From the NCBI GenBank assembly GCA_963798845.1, contig CAWCUS010000006.1, forward strand, positions 448,001 to 512,000: a stretch of 64,000 nucleotides of DNA, written 5' to 3'. The notes beneath the pieces were generated by a model. The model worked only from the letters and a program-made list of their open reading frames with translations. It ran no database searches and was not told the DNA's origin. Origin of the DNA: an uncultured Gemmatimonadales bacterium (GTDB lineage Bacteria; Gemmatimonadota; Gemmatimonadetes; Longimicrobiales; RSA9). A program made the position numbers and the translations under genes. Within the stretch, counting starts at the first letter, position 1. Every line of letters starts with the position of its first letter. Positions 50,530 to 60,939 of this stretch are shown in pieces.

Positions 50530-51430
50530 CGCTGGCCGACCATCCCACCGCCGACGCCCGGCGCACCAGCGGCTGGCTGAGCCTTCCCGCGTGGAACCCG
50601 GCCCAGCGGAGGAACTCGTAGGGGAGGAGCTGGGGCAGGCGGTGGACGTGTCCCTGGTGGACGAAGTAGCCGAGCTCCATGGCCAGGAAGCGGGCGGACT
50701 CGGCGAAGGTGGCGCCGCGGTCGATGCCGGCGGAGCGGAGCGCGCGGCCCACGAAGTAGCTGCGGCGGAACACGCCGCGCAGCCGGTAGACGTGGGCGTG
50801 GAGCGCTTCGGCCGCGGGCTCGTAGGCGATGGCGTAGCCGTTTGCCAGCGCGAGGCGGGCCCAGATCTGGTCCTCGCTGTACTCGGCGTCCTCGGGGATC
50901 GGGTGGCGCAGCGCCACCTCGCGGCGCACGGCGCTGAACGCGTTGGAGAAGACCACGCGCCCGGGCCGTGGATGGTGGCCGCCGGGCTGTGGCTCGTAGC
51001 GCATGGGCGTGTCCGGGTAGTTCAGGGCGACGAAGAACATCTCCATGGTCGTCGCGTCCCGCGGCACCTGGCGCCCGTAGACGCCGGCCACCGTCCGGTC
51101 CTCCAGCGCGGCGGCGAAGCGGAGCGGCCAGTCGGGCGTGACGGGCAGGACGTCGTCCGTGATGAAGCAGACCACGTCGCCGCGAGCGAGCTGGACGCCG
51201 AGGTTCCGGGTCCGCCCGTGGCCGAAATCGGCGGGCGGGATGCGGTGGACATCGAAGCCGAGCCCCTCGGCGCGCTCGTCGGTGCCGTCGTCGGAGCCGG
51301 AGTCGATGACCAGGACCTGCAAGCCGAGCTGCCGCTGGAGGCGCTCGAGGTGGCGCGAGAGGTGGCGGAAGAGCGAGCCGCCGTTGCGGACCGGGAGCAC
51401 GATGCTGATGCTGGACCCCTCCATGATCAT
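50522..51430 (-). CDS. GT2 glycosyltransferase (rhamnosyltransferase-like)
   Basis: SIVLPVRNG, IDSGSDDGT, FGHGRTRN, YGRQVP, FSNAFSA and SEDQ. Confidence 0.88.
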   Translation of the reverse strand: MIMEGSSISIVLPVRNGGSLFRHLSRHLERLQRQLGLQVLVIDSGSDDGTDERAEGLGFDVHRIPPADFGHGRTRNLGVQLARGDVVCFITDDVLPVTPDWPLRFAAALEDRTVAGVYGRQVPRDATTMEMFFVALNYPDTPMRYEPQPGGHHPRPGRVVFSNAFSAVRREVALRHPIPEDAEYSEDQIWARLALANGYAIAYEPAAEALHAHVYRLRGVFRRSYFVGRALRSAGIDRGATFAESARFLAMELGYFVHQGHVHRLPQLLPYEFLRWAGFHAGRLSQPLVRRASAVGWSASDG

Positions 51431-52611
51431 GCGCGCCCGAACCCGGAGCCGCGGACCAGGCTCAGGAAGAAGGAGGCGAACACCACCTCGGCGCCGACCA
51501 CCATGAGCGTGAGCGCCAGGACGGCCGGCCGGACGGCGAACAGGTCGCCCGCGCCGGCGGCGAGCCAGGAAGCCAGGATCCAGGCGTTGATCGCCAGGCC
51601 TGCGCCGAACAGGAGGCCTCCGAGGGCCACGCCGCGCTCGAGGGAATAGCGGAGGTGGAACCAGCGGATCCACGCGTCGGCGAGGGCGGGCTCGTTGACC
51701 AGGACCCAGCTCTTGGCGTAGATGCCGAGCAGCACCAGCTGCATGCCTAGGATGGCGAGCGCGCTGCCCACGAACATGAAGTGGTAGTTGAGGTTGAAGG
51801 TGGCAGTGACCGGCAGCGGGCCGGGCATCAGGGCGAGCTCCAGGCCGAAGCCCAGCGCCAGGAGCACCATGCCGGGTACCAGGAAGAGGCGCGTGGGGCT
51901 GAGCAGGACGAGCTGGCGGACCACTCGCCAGCCGTCGCCCACGGTCCGGCGGGGCACCCCCTCCGGGCGGGGTCGGAAGGTGACCGGGACCTCCACGGCT
52001 TCGAGCCCCGCGCGCGCCGCCTGCACCACCATCTCGCTGGCGAACTCCATCCCGGTGGCGCCGAGGTCGAGCCGGACCAGCGAGTCGCGGCGGATGCTGC
52101 GGAACCCGCAGCGCACGTCGGACACGCGGAAGTTGAAGAACCAGCGGGACATGGCGGTCTGGACCGGCTCCAGGACGTGGCGGTGGCGCCGGCCCATGGA
52201 GCGAGGCTGCATGATCCCGTTCCGCCGCGTCCCGAGGACCATCTCGTAGCCGGAGCGGAGCGGCTCGACGAAGCGCGGGAGGAGCGAGAGGTCGTAGGTC
52301 CCGTCGCCGTCCACGAGGACGAGCATGTCGCCCGAAGCCGCTTCCATGCCGCGCAGGCAGGTCGCGCCGTAGCCACGGATCGGCTGGTGCACCACCGTCG
52401 CCCCCGCGCGCTCCGCGTCCTCGACCGAGCCGTCGTCGGAGCCGTTGTCGCACACGACGACCTCGCCCGCGTAGCCCGCGCGATCCAGCGCCGCGAACGC
52501 CTCCCGCACGCAGGCGCCGATGCTGGCGACCTCGTTGCGGCACGGGATCACGACGGACACCTCGGGGTGCACCGCGTAGGCCGGGTCTGTGGACCAGGGC
52601 GTCGTCACCAT
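51427..52611 (-). CDS. GT2 polyprenol-phosphate glycosyltransferase (DPM1-like) with C-terminal TM helices
   Basis: VSVVIPCRNE, DNGSDDGS, GYG, DGDGTYD and GMEFASEM. Confidence 0.88.
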   Translation of the reverse strand: MVTTPWSTDPAYAVHPEVSVVIPCRNEVASIGACVREAFAALDRAGYAGEVVVCDNGSDDGSVEDAERAGATVVHQPIRGYGATCLRGMEAASGDMLVLVDGDGTYDLSLLPRFVEPLRSGYEMVLGTRRNGIMQPRSMGRRHRHVLEPVQTAMSRWFFNFRVSDVRCGFRSIRRDSLVRLDLGATGMEFASEMVVQAARAGLEAVEVPVTFRPRPEGVPRRTVGDGWRVVRQLVLLSPTRLFLVPGMVLLALGFGLELALMPGPLPVTATFNLNYHFMFVGSALAILGMQLVLLGIYAKSWVLVNEPALADAWIRWFHLRYSLERGVALGGLLFGAGLAINAWILASWLAAGAGDLFAVRPAVLALTLMVVGAEVVFASFFLSLVRGSGFGRA

Positions 52612-52824
52612 GCCAGTCGCTGTGAGAGCTCCGATCCGGAGGGGAGAGCGCTCCGGCGCGGGGGCCGATCCGGCGCCCCGTCCCTCAAGCTACGCAACCC
52701 GTGGCGCGCGCGGTAGTTGCCCGGGGCCTCGGGTGCGACCTGCCTTGACTTCGCCAGCCGGGCACCGAAGCTTCCGGCCGTGACCGCCCGCGGGCTCCCA
52801 CCCCACATCGCCGGAGGCTGTCGA

Positions 52825-53959
52825 GTGTCGAGGATCCTCGTGACCGGGGGCGCCGGGTTCATCGGCTCGCACCTCGTGGACGCCCTCGTGGAGCGTGGCG
52901 AGCGCGTCCGGGTCCTGGACGCCCTCGACCCGCAGGTGCACGGCGAGGGCGCCACCGAGCCCCGCCTGATCGGCGAGCACGTGACCGCGGGCCGCGTGGA
53001 GTTCGTCCACGGCGACGTCGCCGATCCCGCCGCGGCGCGTGCGGCGCTGGAAGACGTGGACGTGGTGTTCCACGATGCCGCCGCGGTCGGCGTGGGCCAG
53101 TCGATGTACCGGATCGCCGACTACGTCCGGGCCAACTCCCTCGGCGCCGCGGTGCTTCTGGAGGCCATGGTGGCGAGGCGGGAGGCGATCCGCCGCGTGG
53201 TCGTCGCGAGCTCGATGTCGCTCTATGGCGAGGGCCGGTACCGCTGCGCGGAGCATGGCGACATCGCCCCGCCGCTGCGCGGGCCCGAGCAGCTCGAGCG
53301 GCGCGACTACGAGATGCATTGCCCGACGTGCGGGCGGGAGGTGGAAGCCCTCCCCACGCCGGAGTCGAAGCCGCTCCAGCCCACGTCGGTGTACGCGGTG
53401 ACCAAGCGCGACCACGAGGAGCTGTTCCTGGCCGTGGGCGCGGCGTACGGCATCCCCACGGTGGCGCTCCGCTACTTCAACGTGTACGGTCCGCGCCAGT
53501 CGCTGGGCAACCCGTACACCGGCGTGGCCGCGATCTTCGCGTCGCGGCTGCTGAACGACCGGCCCCCGCTGATCTTCGAGGACGGTCGCCAGAGCCGTGA
53601 CTTCATCCACGTGAGCGACGTGGTGCGGGCCAACCTGCTGGCGCTGGAGCGCGACCACGCCGTGGGCGCGGCGCACAACGTGGGGACCGGGCGCTCCCTG
53701 GACCTGCTCGCGATGGTGGCGGCGCTGCGGGCGCGCCTGGGCGGCCCCGCGCCGGAGCTGGCCGGCCGCTTCCGGCAGGGGGACATCCGCCACTGCTTCG
53801 CGGACACTCGCGCGGGCGAGCGAGCGGCTCGGCTTCGAGGCGAGGGTAGCCTTCGAGGACGGGATCGACGATCTGGCGGAGTGGGCGCGCGATCAGGAGC
53901 CCGAGGATCGCTCCGCGGCAGCCAACGACGAGTTGAAGTCGGCGGGCCTCACGCTGTAG
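52825..53959 (+). CDS. NAD-dependent nucleotide-sugar epimerase/dehydratase, +1 frameshift near 53812
   Basis: ILVTGGAGFIGS, YAVTK, LRYFNVYGP and GDIRHCFAD; the shifted frame gives LGFEARVAFEDGIDDL...TL* at 53959. Confidence 0.9.
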
Positions 53960-54040
53960 AACAGCGCGGCTGAACACGGCGCGCAGCGGCGCGCGCCGAC
54001 CGTCGCGCACGGAACCTCTCGAACGCACAGCCAAACGCAT

Positions 54041-55210
54041 ATGAACGAATCCAAGCACCTGTCCGGCCCGCGCATCGATCCCGCGCGCATCCGCGGCGGC
54101 ATGACCGTGGACGAGCTGGTGGACGGCACCTTCGCATCGTACAACGCGGGGCGGCTGCGCGAGGCGTGCCGGCTGTTCACGGAGAAGATGCTGGACGCCG
54201 ACGTCACCATCGGCGTGTCGGTTACCGGCGCGCTCACGCCGGCCGGTCTGGGGGTGTCGGCGCTGATCCCGCTCATCGAGGCCGGGTTCATCGACTGGAT
54301 CGTCTCGACGGGTGCCAACCTGTACCACGACGCCCACTACGGCCTCGGGCTCCCGCTTCACCACGGCAACCCGTTCGTGAGCGACGTGGTGCTGCGCGAC
54401 GAGGAGGTGGTCCGGATCTACGACATCTTCTTCGACTACTCGGTGCTGCTCGACACCGACGCGTTCTTCCGGACGATCATCCAGGGCCCCGAGTTCCAGC
54501 GCCGGATGTCGAGCGCGGAGTTCCACCACCTGTGCGGGAGGTACGTGGCGGAGCGGGAGCGGAAGCTGGACCGGACGGGGGAGACCCGGAAATCGCTGCT
54601 GGCCGCGTGCCACGAGTACGACGTGCCGGTCTACACGTCGTCGCCGGGCGACAGCTCGATCGGGATGAACGTGGCGGCGATGGCGCTGCAGGGGAACCAG
54701 CTGCGCTTCGATGTGAACGCGGACGTGAACGAGACCGCGTCGATCGTGCTGGACGCGAAGCGGGGCGGCGGTCGCAGCGCGGTGCTCATCCTGGGCGGCG
54801 GCAGTCCGAAGAACTTCATGCTCCAGACGGAGCCGCAGATCCAGGAAGTGCTCGGGATCGAGGAGAAGGGGCACGACTACTTCCTCCAGGTGACGGACGC
54901 GCGCCCGGACACGGGCGGGCTGAGCGGCGCTACGCCGGCGGAGGCGGTGAGCTGGGGGAAAGTGGACCCGGACATGCTGCCGGACGCCGTCGTCTGCTAC
55001 ACGGACAGCACGATCGCGCTGCCGCTGCTGGCGGCGTACGCCCTGACCCGTCACGCGCCGCGCGAGCCGAAGCGTCTGTTCCGGCGGCGGGAGGAGATGC
55101 TCGGCCACCTGCAGGCGGAGTACGACGCCGTGCTGGAGCGGGGCGAGCCGGCGGCGGAATCGGCTCGGCACGGCGCGGAGCGCCATCCGATGCTGGAGCG
55201 GGACCGGTGA
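54041..55210 (+). CDS. Deoxyhypusine synthase-like protein (probable homospermidine synthase, SpeY-type)
   Basis: [24 protein letters not shown] and [17 protein letters not shown]. Confidence 0.9.
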   Translation: MNESKHLSGPRIDPARIRGGMTVDELVDGTFASYNAGRLREACRLFTEKMLDADVTIGVSVTGALTPAGLGVSALIPLIEAGFIDWIVSTGANLYHDAHYGLGLPLHHGNPFVSDVVLRDEEVVRIYDIFFDYSVLLDTDAFFRTIIQGPEFQRRMSSAEFHHLCGRYVAERERKLDRTGETRKSLLAACHEYDVPVYTSSPGDSSIGMNVAAMALQGNQLRFDVNADVNETASIVLDAKRGGGRSAVLILGGGSPKNFMLQTEPQIQEVLGIEEKGHDYFLQVTDARPDTGGLSGATPAEAVSWGKVDPDMLPDAVVCYTDSTIALPLLAAYALTRHAPREPKRLFRRREEMLGHLQAEYDAVLERGEPAAESARHGAERHPMLERDR

Positions 55211-55253
55211 ACGAAGCCGCGGGCGGACCTGCGCCCCGCGGAGGGCGTGGGGC

Positions 55254-56474
55254 GTGATCTCCAACGTCTGGGCGCTGGTCGCGACGATCGCGGGGATCAC
55301 GGCGCTGGCGTTCTGGCTCGACCTGCATTACCGCTGGGCCAGGCAGGTGGGGGCCACCATGCTGGTGATCGTTTTCGGCGCGGTGCTGTCCAACCTGGGC
55401 CTCGTCCCGTTCAGCTCCCCGGTCTACGACGCCATCAGCGGGCCGATCACCTCCCTCTCGATCGTCTGGCTCCTGTTCGCAGTCGACATCCGCGACCTGA
55501 AGGAGGCGGGGCCGCGCATGGTGGCCGCGTTCGCGATCGCGTGCCTGGCCACCATGGTCGGCGCCGTCACTGCCGCGCTCCTCTTCGCCGGGCACTTCCA
55601 GGGCGCGGCGTGGAAGCTGTCGGGCGTGATGACGGGGACGTACGCGGGCGGCAGCATCAACTTCGTGGCCGTGGGACGGTCGCTGGACTTCCCGCCCGCC
55701 CTGTTCGCCGCGGCGACGGCTTCGGACGCCGTCATGACGGCGATCTGGTTCGCGGCCACGCTCATGATCCCCGTGTGGCTCGGACGCTTCTATCCCCGGC
55801 CCAGGCACGCGCACGGACCCGCGCGCGAGGCCGAAGTCCACCGGGCGGTGGCGGAAGCCGCGGCGGACGCGCCGCCCGCCGGCGTGGGCGATGCGGCGCC
55901 GGGCGTCGGCGCCGTGGACCCGATGGCGGATCATCCGTTCTTCTCCGACGCGCCGCTCCGGATCCTGGACGTGTCGCTCCTCCTGGCGCTCGGCTTCGCC
56001 CTCATGTGGGCGGCCGACCGGATGGGGGCTGCGGTGCCGGTCCCGTCCGTGCTCTGGCTGACCACGTTCGCCCTGCTGCTCGGCCACACGCCGTGGGTCC
56101 GCCAGCTCAAGGGCGACATGCACCTCGGCTCACTCGGGCTCCACCTCTTCCTCGCCACCATCGGCATCGCGTCCCGCTTCTCCGAGATCGCGCGAGTCGG
56201 GCCCGACGTGTTCTGGTTCACGGCCACCGTGGTGACCATCCACGGGATCCTGACGTACGGCGGCGCCCGCCTCGCTGGGCTGGACGTCGAGACCACGTCC
56301 GTGGCGTCCCAGGCCGCCATCGGTGGGCCCTCCTCCGCGCTGGCGCTGGCCGTGGGCCGGGAGTGGAAGGCGCTCGTGCTTCCCGGCGTCGTCGTGGGGC
56401 TGCTGGGGTACGCCGTGGGCAACTACCTCGGACTCGGTGTTGCATACTGGGTTCGCGGCCTGATCGGCGGCTGA
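55254..56474 (+). CDS. DUF819-family membrane protein
   Basis: GTYAGGSINF, VASQAAIGGPSSA and LLGYAVGNYLG. Confidence 0.85.
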   Translation: MISNVWALVATIAGITALAFWLDLHYRWARQVGATMLVIVFGAVLSNLGLVPFSSPVYDAISGPITSLSIVWLLFAVDIRDLKEAGPRMVAAFAIACLATMVGAVTAALLFAGHFQGAAWKLSGVMTGTYAGGSINFVAVGRSLDFPPALFAAATASDAVMTAIWFAATLMIPVWLGRFYPRPRHAHGPAREAEVHRAVAEAAADAPPAGVGDAAPGVGAVDPMADHPFFSDAPLRILDVSLLLALGFALMWAADRMGAAVPVPSVLWLTTFALLLGHTPWVRQLKGDMHLGSLGLHLFLATIGIASRFSEIARVGPDVFWFTATVVTIHGILTYGGARLAGLDVETTSVASQAAIGGPSSALALAVGREWKALVLPGVVVGLLGYAVGNYLGLGVAYWVRGLIGG

Positions 56475-56562
56475 GCGGGGCCCCGGCGCGGGCGCTTCCC
56501 GCGCCCGGGCCGCAGGCAGCGGGCACGATCCCGGCCGACACCACAACACCGGAGCGAAGCTC

Positions 56563-57465
56563 ATGCGCATCGCGATCACCGGCTCGTCAGGGCTCATCGG
56601 CGGCGCCGTCCGGGCGCGCCTCCTCGAGGAGGGGCACACCGTCTCCCGGGTGGTACGCTCCCGGGAAGCCGCGCGCGCCCCCGACGCAGTGTACTGGCGG
56701 CCGGCCCAGGACGAGATCGACGCCGATGGAATCGCCGGCCACGACGCCGTCGTCAACCTCGCGGGCGAGAACATCTTCGGGCTCTGGACGCGCTCGAAGC
56801 GCGAGCGGATCTACCACAGCCGCGTCGACGGGACCCGTCTCCTCGCGACGACCCTCGCCGGCCTTCCCGCCGAGCGCCGACCGGCGGCCATGGTCAACGC
56901 ATCCGCGGTCGGTTACTACGGCACTCGCCCCGCCGACCGGCCACAGGCAGAAGACGCACCGCCCGCCGACACGTTCATGGCCCGCGTGGTCCGGGACTGG
57001 GAAGCTGCCGCCGACCCGGCACGCGAGGCCGGCATCCGCACCGTACACCTCCGCTTCGCCCCGGTCGTCGACCCGCACGGCCTCCTGCTCCAGGGCCTCG
57101 CGACGGCCACTCGCCTCGGCCTCGGGGCCACCCTCGGCAGCGGCGCCCAGGCGTTCCCCTGGGTCACCCGTGCGGACGTGGTGGGCGCCATCTCCTTCGC
57201 GCTCACGCACCCCTCGCTCGAGGGGCCGGTCAACGTGGCCGCTCCCGACAGGGTCACCAACCGGGAGTTCACCGACACGCTGGCACGGGTTCTGAACAGA
57301 CCGCGTGTGCTGCACATCCCCGCACCGGCCCTGGCGCTGCTCGGCGACTTCGGCCGCGAGGTGAGCGGCGGCGCCTGGGTTCTGCCGCGAAAGCTCGAGG
57401 AAGCCGGGTACGAATGGCGGGACCCGGCGCTGGAGCCCGCGCTCCGCCGGCTACTGGGGCGATGA
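56563..57465 (+). CDS. TIGR01777-family oxidoreductase/epimerase (YfcH-like)
   Basis: IAITGSSGLIG, VNLAGENI, ASAVGYYG and GPVNVAAP. Confidence 0.9.
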   Translation: MRIAITGSSGLIGGAVRARLLEEGHTVSRVVRSREAARAPDAVYWRPAQDEIDADGIAGHDAVVNLAGENIFGLWTRSKRERIYHSRVDGTRLLATTLAGLPAERRPAAMVNASAVGYYGTRPADRPQAEDAPPADTFMARVVRDWEAAADPAREAGIRTVHLRFAPVVDPHGLLLQGLATATRLGLGATLGSGAQAFPWVTRADVVGAISFALTHPSLEGPVNVAAPDRVTNREFTDTLARVLNRPRVLHIPAPALALLGDFGREVSGGAWVLPRKLEEAGYEWRDPALEPALRRLLGR

Positions 57466-57487
57466 CCCGCCAGGAGCGTCCAAGGCA

Positions 57488-58066
57488 TTGCCGGAATTGA
57501 AGTTCCGCGAAAAGAGAGACAACCGCCGGGGCGTACAGGACCAGTTCCGAACGATCCTGAGGCGGGCCCGCGAGATCACGGCCGGAATGGACCGTGACGC
57601 GTTCAACCGTCGTCCGGGACCGGGGCGCTGGTCGCCGGGCGAGTGCCTGGACCACCTCAACGTCACGGCGAGGCTGTACCTGCCGGCGCTGACGGAAGCG
57701 ATCGAGTCGGCGCGGGCGAAGGGCTGGGTGGACCGTCGCCGGTCGGGGCGGACGCTGCTGGGCCGGGTGGCGGCGTGGACGCAGGAGCCCCCGTCCCGGT
57801 TGCGGATGCGGACGCACGCGGAGCTGGAGCCGGCGCGGGACCTCGACCCGGCGGCGGTACTGGAGGAGTTCGAGGCGCTGCACGAGGAGATCATCGTGCG
57901 GGTGAACGAGTCGCGGGACCTGGACCGGCGGCGGGTGCGGATCGCGTCGCTGCTGAACCGGCGGCTGCGGCTGACGCTGGACGACTGGTTCGCCTTCCTG
58001 GCGGCGCACGCGCGGCGTCACCTGTGGCAGGCGGCGGAGGCGATGGAGCGGGACGGGGAGGGCTGA
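57488..58066 (+). CDS. DinB/DUF1569-like four-helix metalloprotein
   Basis: WSPGECLDHL and HARRHLWQA. Confidence 0.85.
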   Translation: MPELKFREKRDNRRGVQDQFRTILRRAREITAGMDRDAFNRRPGPGRWSPGECLDHLNVTARLYLPALTEAIESARAKGWVDRRRSGRTLLGRVAAWTQEPPSRLRMRTHAELEPARDLDPAAVLEEFEALHEEIIVRVNESRDLDRRRVRIASLLNRRLRLTLDDWFAFLAAHARRHLWQAAEAMERDGEG

Positions 58067-59025
58067 TGATGGTACAGCACGCGGATTCGATGGCCGCGGC
58101 GGCGGGACAGGCCGCCAGCGAGGCGGCGTTCAACGTCAAGTCGGCGCTGGGGGAAGCTGCGGACAAGGTCACGGCCTGGGGGGAGGGCGTGGTGGCGAGC
58201 CTGCCCAACGTGATCGCCGCCGTGGTGGTGCTGATCATCTTCTGGCTCATCGCGCGGGCAGTGCGGGGCGTGGTGGCGAGGGTCGCGCGCCGGTTCGCGG
58301 ACCAGCCGGAGATCAACCGGCTGGTGGCGTCCGCGGCCTTCGCGACCACGGTGGCCGTCGGGCTGGTGCTGGCGCTCGGGGTGCTGAACCTGGACAAGAC
58401 CGTCACGTCGCTCCTGGCCGGCGCCGGGATCCTGGGCCTGGCCGTGGGCTTCGCGTTCCAGTCCATCGCCGAGAACTTCCTCGCCGGTATCCTGCTGAAC
58501 GTCCGCAACCAGTTCACGGAAGGCGACATCATCGAGTCGAACGACTTCATGGGCACGGTGGAGCGGGTGGACCTCCGGGCGACCGTGCTGCGCTCGTTCA
58601 CGGGGCAGCGCGTGCTGATCCCGAACGCGCAGGTCTACAAGAACCCGATCACCAACTACTCGCAGACGCAGCACCGGCGGGTCGATCTGGCGGTGGGCGT
58701 GAACTACGGCGAGGACCTGGAGAAGGCCAGGAAGGTGGCGATCGCAGCGGTGGAGGATCTCGCGCAGCGCGCGGAGGGGCGCGACGTGGAGCTCTTCTAC
58801 CAGGAGTTCGGCGACAGCTCGATCAACTTCCAGCTGCGCTTCTGGATCCCGTTCAGCCGCCAGACCGACTACCTGTCCGCGCGCAGCGACGCGATCCAGG
58901 CGATCAAGCGCGCGTTCGATCGCAACGGCATCATCATCCCGTTCCCGATCCGCACGCTCGATTTCGCGGGTGGCGACGTCGGCGGCCAGAGCCTGGGTCC
59001 CGCCCTCCAGGACTGGCGACGCTGA
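58066..59025 (+). CDS. mscS: Small-conductance mechanosensitive channel (MscS family)
   Basis: GLAVGFAFQSIAENFLAG, IPNA, FGDSSINF and IPFP. Confidence 0.92.
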   Translation: MMVQHADSMAAAAGQAASEAAFNVKSALGEAADKVTAWGEGVVASLPNVIAAVVVLIIFWLIARAVRGVVARVARRFADQPEINRLVASAAFATTVAVGLVLALGVLNLDKTVTSLLAGAGILGLAVGFAFQSIAENFLAGILLNVRNQFTEGDIIESNDFMGTVERVDLRATVLRSFTGQRVLIPNAQVYKNPITNYSQTQHRRVDLAVGVNYGEDLEKARKVAIAAVEDLAQRAEGRDVELFYQEFGDSSINFQLRFWIPFSRQTDYLSARSDAIQAIKRAFDRNGIIIPFPIRTLDFAGGDVGGQSLGPALQDWRR

Positions 59026-59100
59026 GGGAGCGGAGAGCGCCGGGAACGGCTTCGCGTGGAGTTCTCCGGCGGGCCAGGCTTCGCCGCGTTCGCCCCGCCG

Positions 59101-60939
59101 TCAGCGGTAGCCGGCAGCCTGGAGGGTGAAGAGCTCGGCGTAGACGCCGTCGGCGGCGAGGAGCTCCTCGTGGGTGCCCTTCTCGAGGACGGTGCCGTCG
59201 CCGAGGACGAGGATGCGGTCGGCCATGCGGACGGTGGAGAAGCGGTGGCTGATGAGCACGGCCATGCGCCCGGCGGTGAGCTCGGTGAAGCGCTGGAACA
59301 CCTGGTACTCGGCGCGGGCGTCGAGGGCGGCGGTGGGCTCGTCCAGGATGAGGACCTGGGCGTTGCGCATGTAGGCGCGGGCGAGCGCCACCTTCTGCCA
59401 CTCGCCGCCCGAGAGGTTGGCGCCGCCCTCGAAGCGGCGGCCGAGCATGTGGTCGTACCCCTTGTCGAGGCGCTCCACCACCTCTTCCGCCAGGCTCTTC
59501 TTCGCCGCCTCCCGGATCAGCTCGTGATCTCCGATCGCGTCGATGCGGCCCACGGCGATGTTCTCGCGCGCGACCATGTCGTAGCGGACGAAATCCTGGA
59601 AGATGACGCCGATGGCGCGGCGGATCTGGTCGATGTCGTACTCGCGCAGGTCCTCGCCGTCGAGCAGGATGCGGCCTTCGTCCGGGTCGTACAGCCGGGC
59701 GAGCAGCTTGACCAGCGTGGTCTTCCCGGCGCCGTTCTCGCCCACGAGCGCGAGCCGTTCCCCGGGTCGGAGCGTGAACGACACGTGGCGGAGCGCCCAG
59801 CGCTCGGCGTCCGGGTAGCGGAAGCCGACGTCGTCGAAGACGATTCCGTCGCGGATCGGGTCGGGCACGGGGCGGGCCGCGCCCGGGGAAGCGACGCGCG
59901 GCTGCATGTGGAGGAACGTGAACAGGTCGCGGATGAAGAGGCTCTGCTCGAACACGTCGGCGGAGCCGAGCAGGACCCGCTGGATGAGGTCGCGGCTGCG
60001 CTGGAAGCTGGAAGCGAGGAACGTCAGGCTGCCGATGGTGATCAGTCCGGTCACCGTCTGCCAGATCATGTACCCGTACGCCCCGTAGTAGACCAGCGTG
60101 CTGACGGCCACGAGCAGCGCGCCGACGCCCGCGCGCCGGATGGCGAGAGAGCGGTTGGCGCGGTAGAAGTCGTCGGCAAGCTCGGCGTAGCGGCCGATGA
60201 AGTGGTCGGACAGGCCGAACAGCTTCACCTCCTTGGCGGTGGCGTCGCTGGAGGCGACGTAGCGCAGGTAGTCGAGCTGCCGGCGCTCCGGCGTCCACTG
60301 GTAGAGCAGCGAGTAGGAGAGGCCGGCGTAGTGGGTCTCTCCGATGAAGCTGGGCAGCACCGCGACCACCAGCAGGAGGAGCAGCGGGGGCGAGAAGGCG
60401 AGGAGCGCCGCCATCAGGGACGCGAGCGTCAGCGTGCTCTGGGCCATGCCCAGGAGAAGGGAGATGAGCGCGAGCCGCCCCACCGTCTGCCGCCTCGCCC
60501 GCTCCAGGTGGTCGTAGAACTCCGGGTCCTCGAAGTGCTCGAGGTCGAGCGTCGCGGCGTGCTCCATCAGGCGCACGCTCATGCGGTTGCTGAACAGGTC
60601 CCCGAGCAGGCTCTCCAGGAGGGCGGAGCCCCGCTGCATGGCGTCCATGAGCAGCGCCAGCGCCAGCTCCAGGACCACCAGCCCGGCCAGCCGTCGCCAG
60701 TCGGGCGCGGCGGTGCCCACGCTGGCCACCACCGTGTCGATGATGAGCTTGCCGACCCAGAGCAGCGCCACGGGCCCGAACGCCTGGAGCAGCCGCAGGA
60801 CGAGGATCGCCAGGACCGCGGAGGGGCGGGTGTCCCAGACCAGCTTCAGGAACGGCGGCAGCTGGCGCAGCGCGCGCAGGCGCTCCCGGAGCGGCGGGGT
60901 CTCGGCGCTCCGGCGGGTACGACCGTGATAGGTGGCCAT
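59101..60939 (-). CDS. ABC exporter, fused permease/ATP-binding subunit
   Basis: TM domain; GENGAGKT, LSGGEWQK, ILDEPT and ISHRFS. Confidence 0.93.
   Translation of the reverse strand: MATYHGRTRRSAETPPLRERLRALRQLPPFLKLVWDTRPSAVLAILVLRLLQAFGPVALLWVGKLIIDTVVASVGTAAPDWRRLAGLVVLELALALLMDAMQRGSALLESLLGDLFSNRMSVRLMEHAATLDLEHFEDPEFYDHLERARRQTVGRLALISLLLGMAQSTLTLASLMAALLAFSPPLLLLLVVAVLPSFIGETHYAGLSYSLLYQWTPERRQLDYLRYVASSDATAKEVKLFGLSDHFIGRYAELADDFYRANRSLAIRRAGVGALLVAVSTLVYYGAYGYMIWQTVTGLITIGSLTFLASSFQRSRDLIQRVLLGSADVFEQSLFIRDLFTFLHMQPRVASPGAARPVPDPIRDGIVFDDVGFRYPDAERWALRHVSFTLRPGERLALVGENGAGKTTLVKLLARLYDPDEGRILLDGEDLREYDIDQIRRAIGVIFQDFVRYDMVARENIAVGRIDAIGDHELIREAAKKSLAEEVVERLDKGYDHMLGRRFEGGANLSGGEWQKVALARAYMRNAQVLILDEPTAALDARAEYQVFQRFTELTAGRMAVLISHRFSTVRMADRILVLGDGTVLEKGTHEELLAADGVYAELFTLQAAGYR

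Noticed and set aside
50522..52543. 673-aa GT2 ORF
   Set aside because: The N-terminal 371 codons are an alternative frame of the upstream GT2 gene; the real start is about 51430.
57488..58066. Second DNA polymerase IV (dinB)
   Set aside because: It belongs to the unrelated DinB/YfiT four-helix family, with no polymerase motifs.
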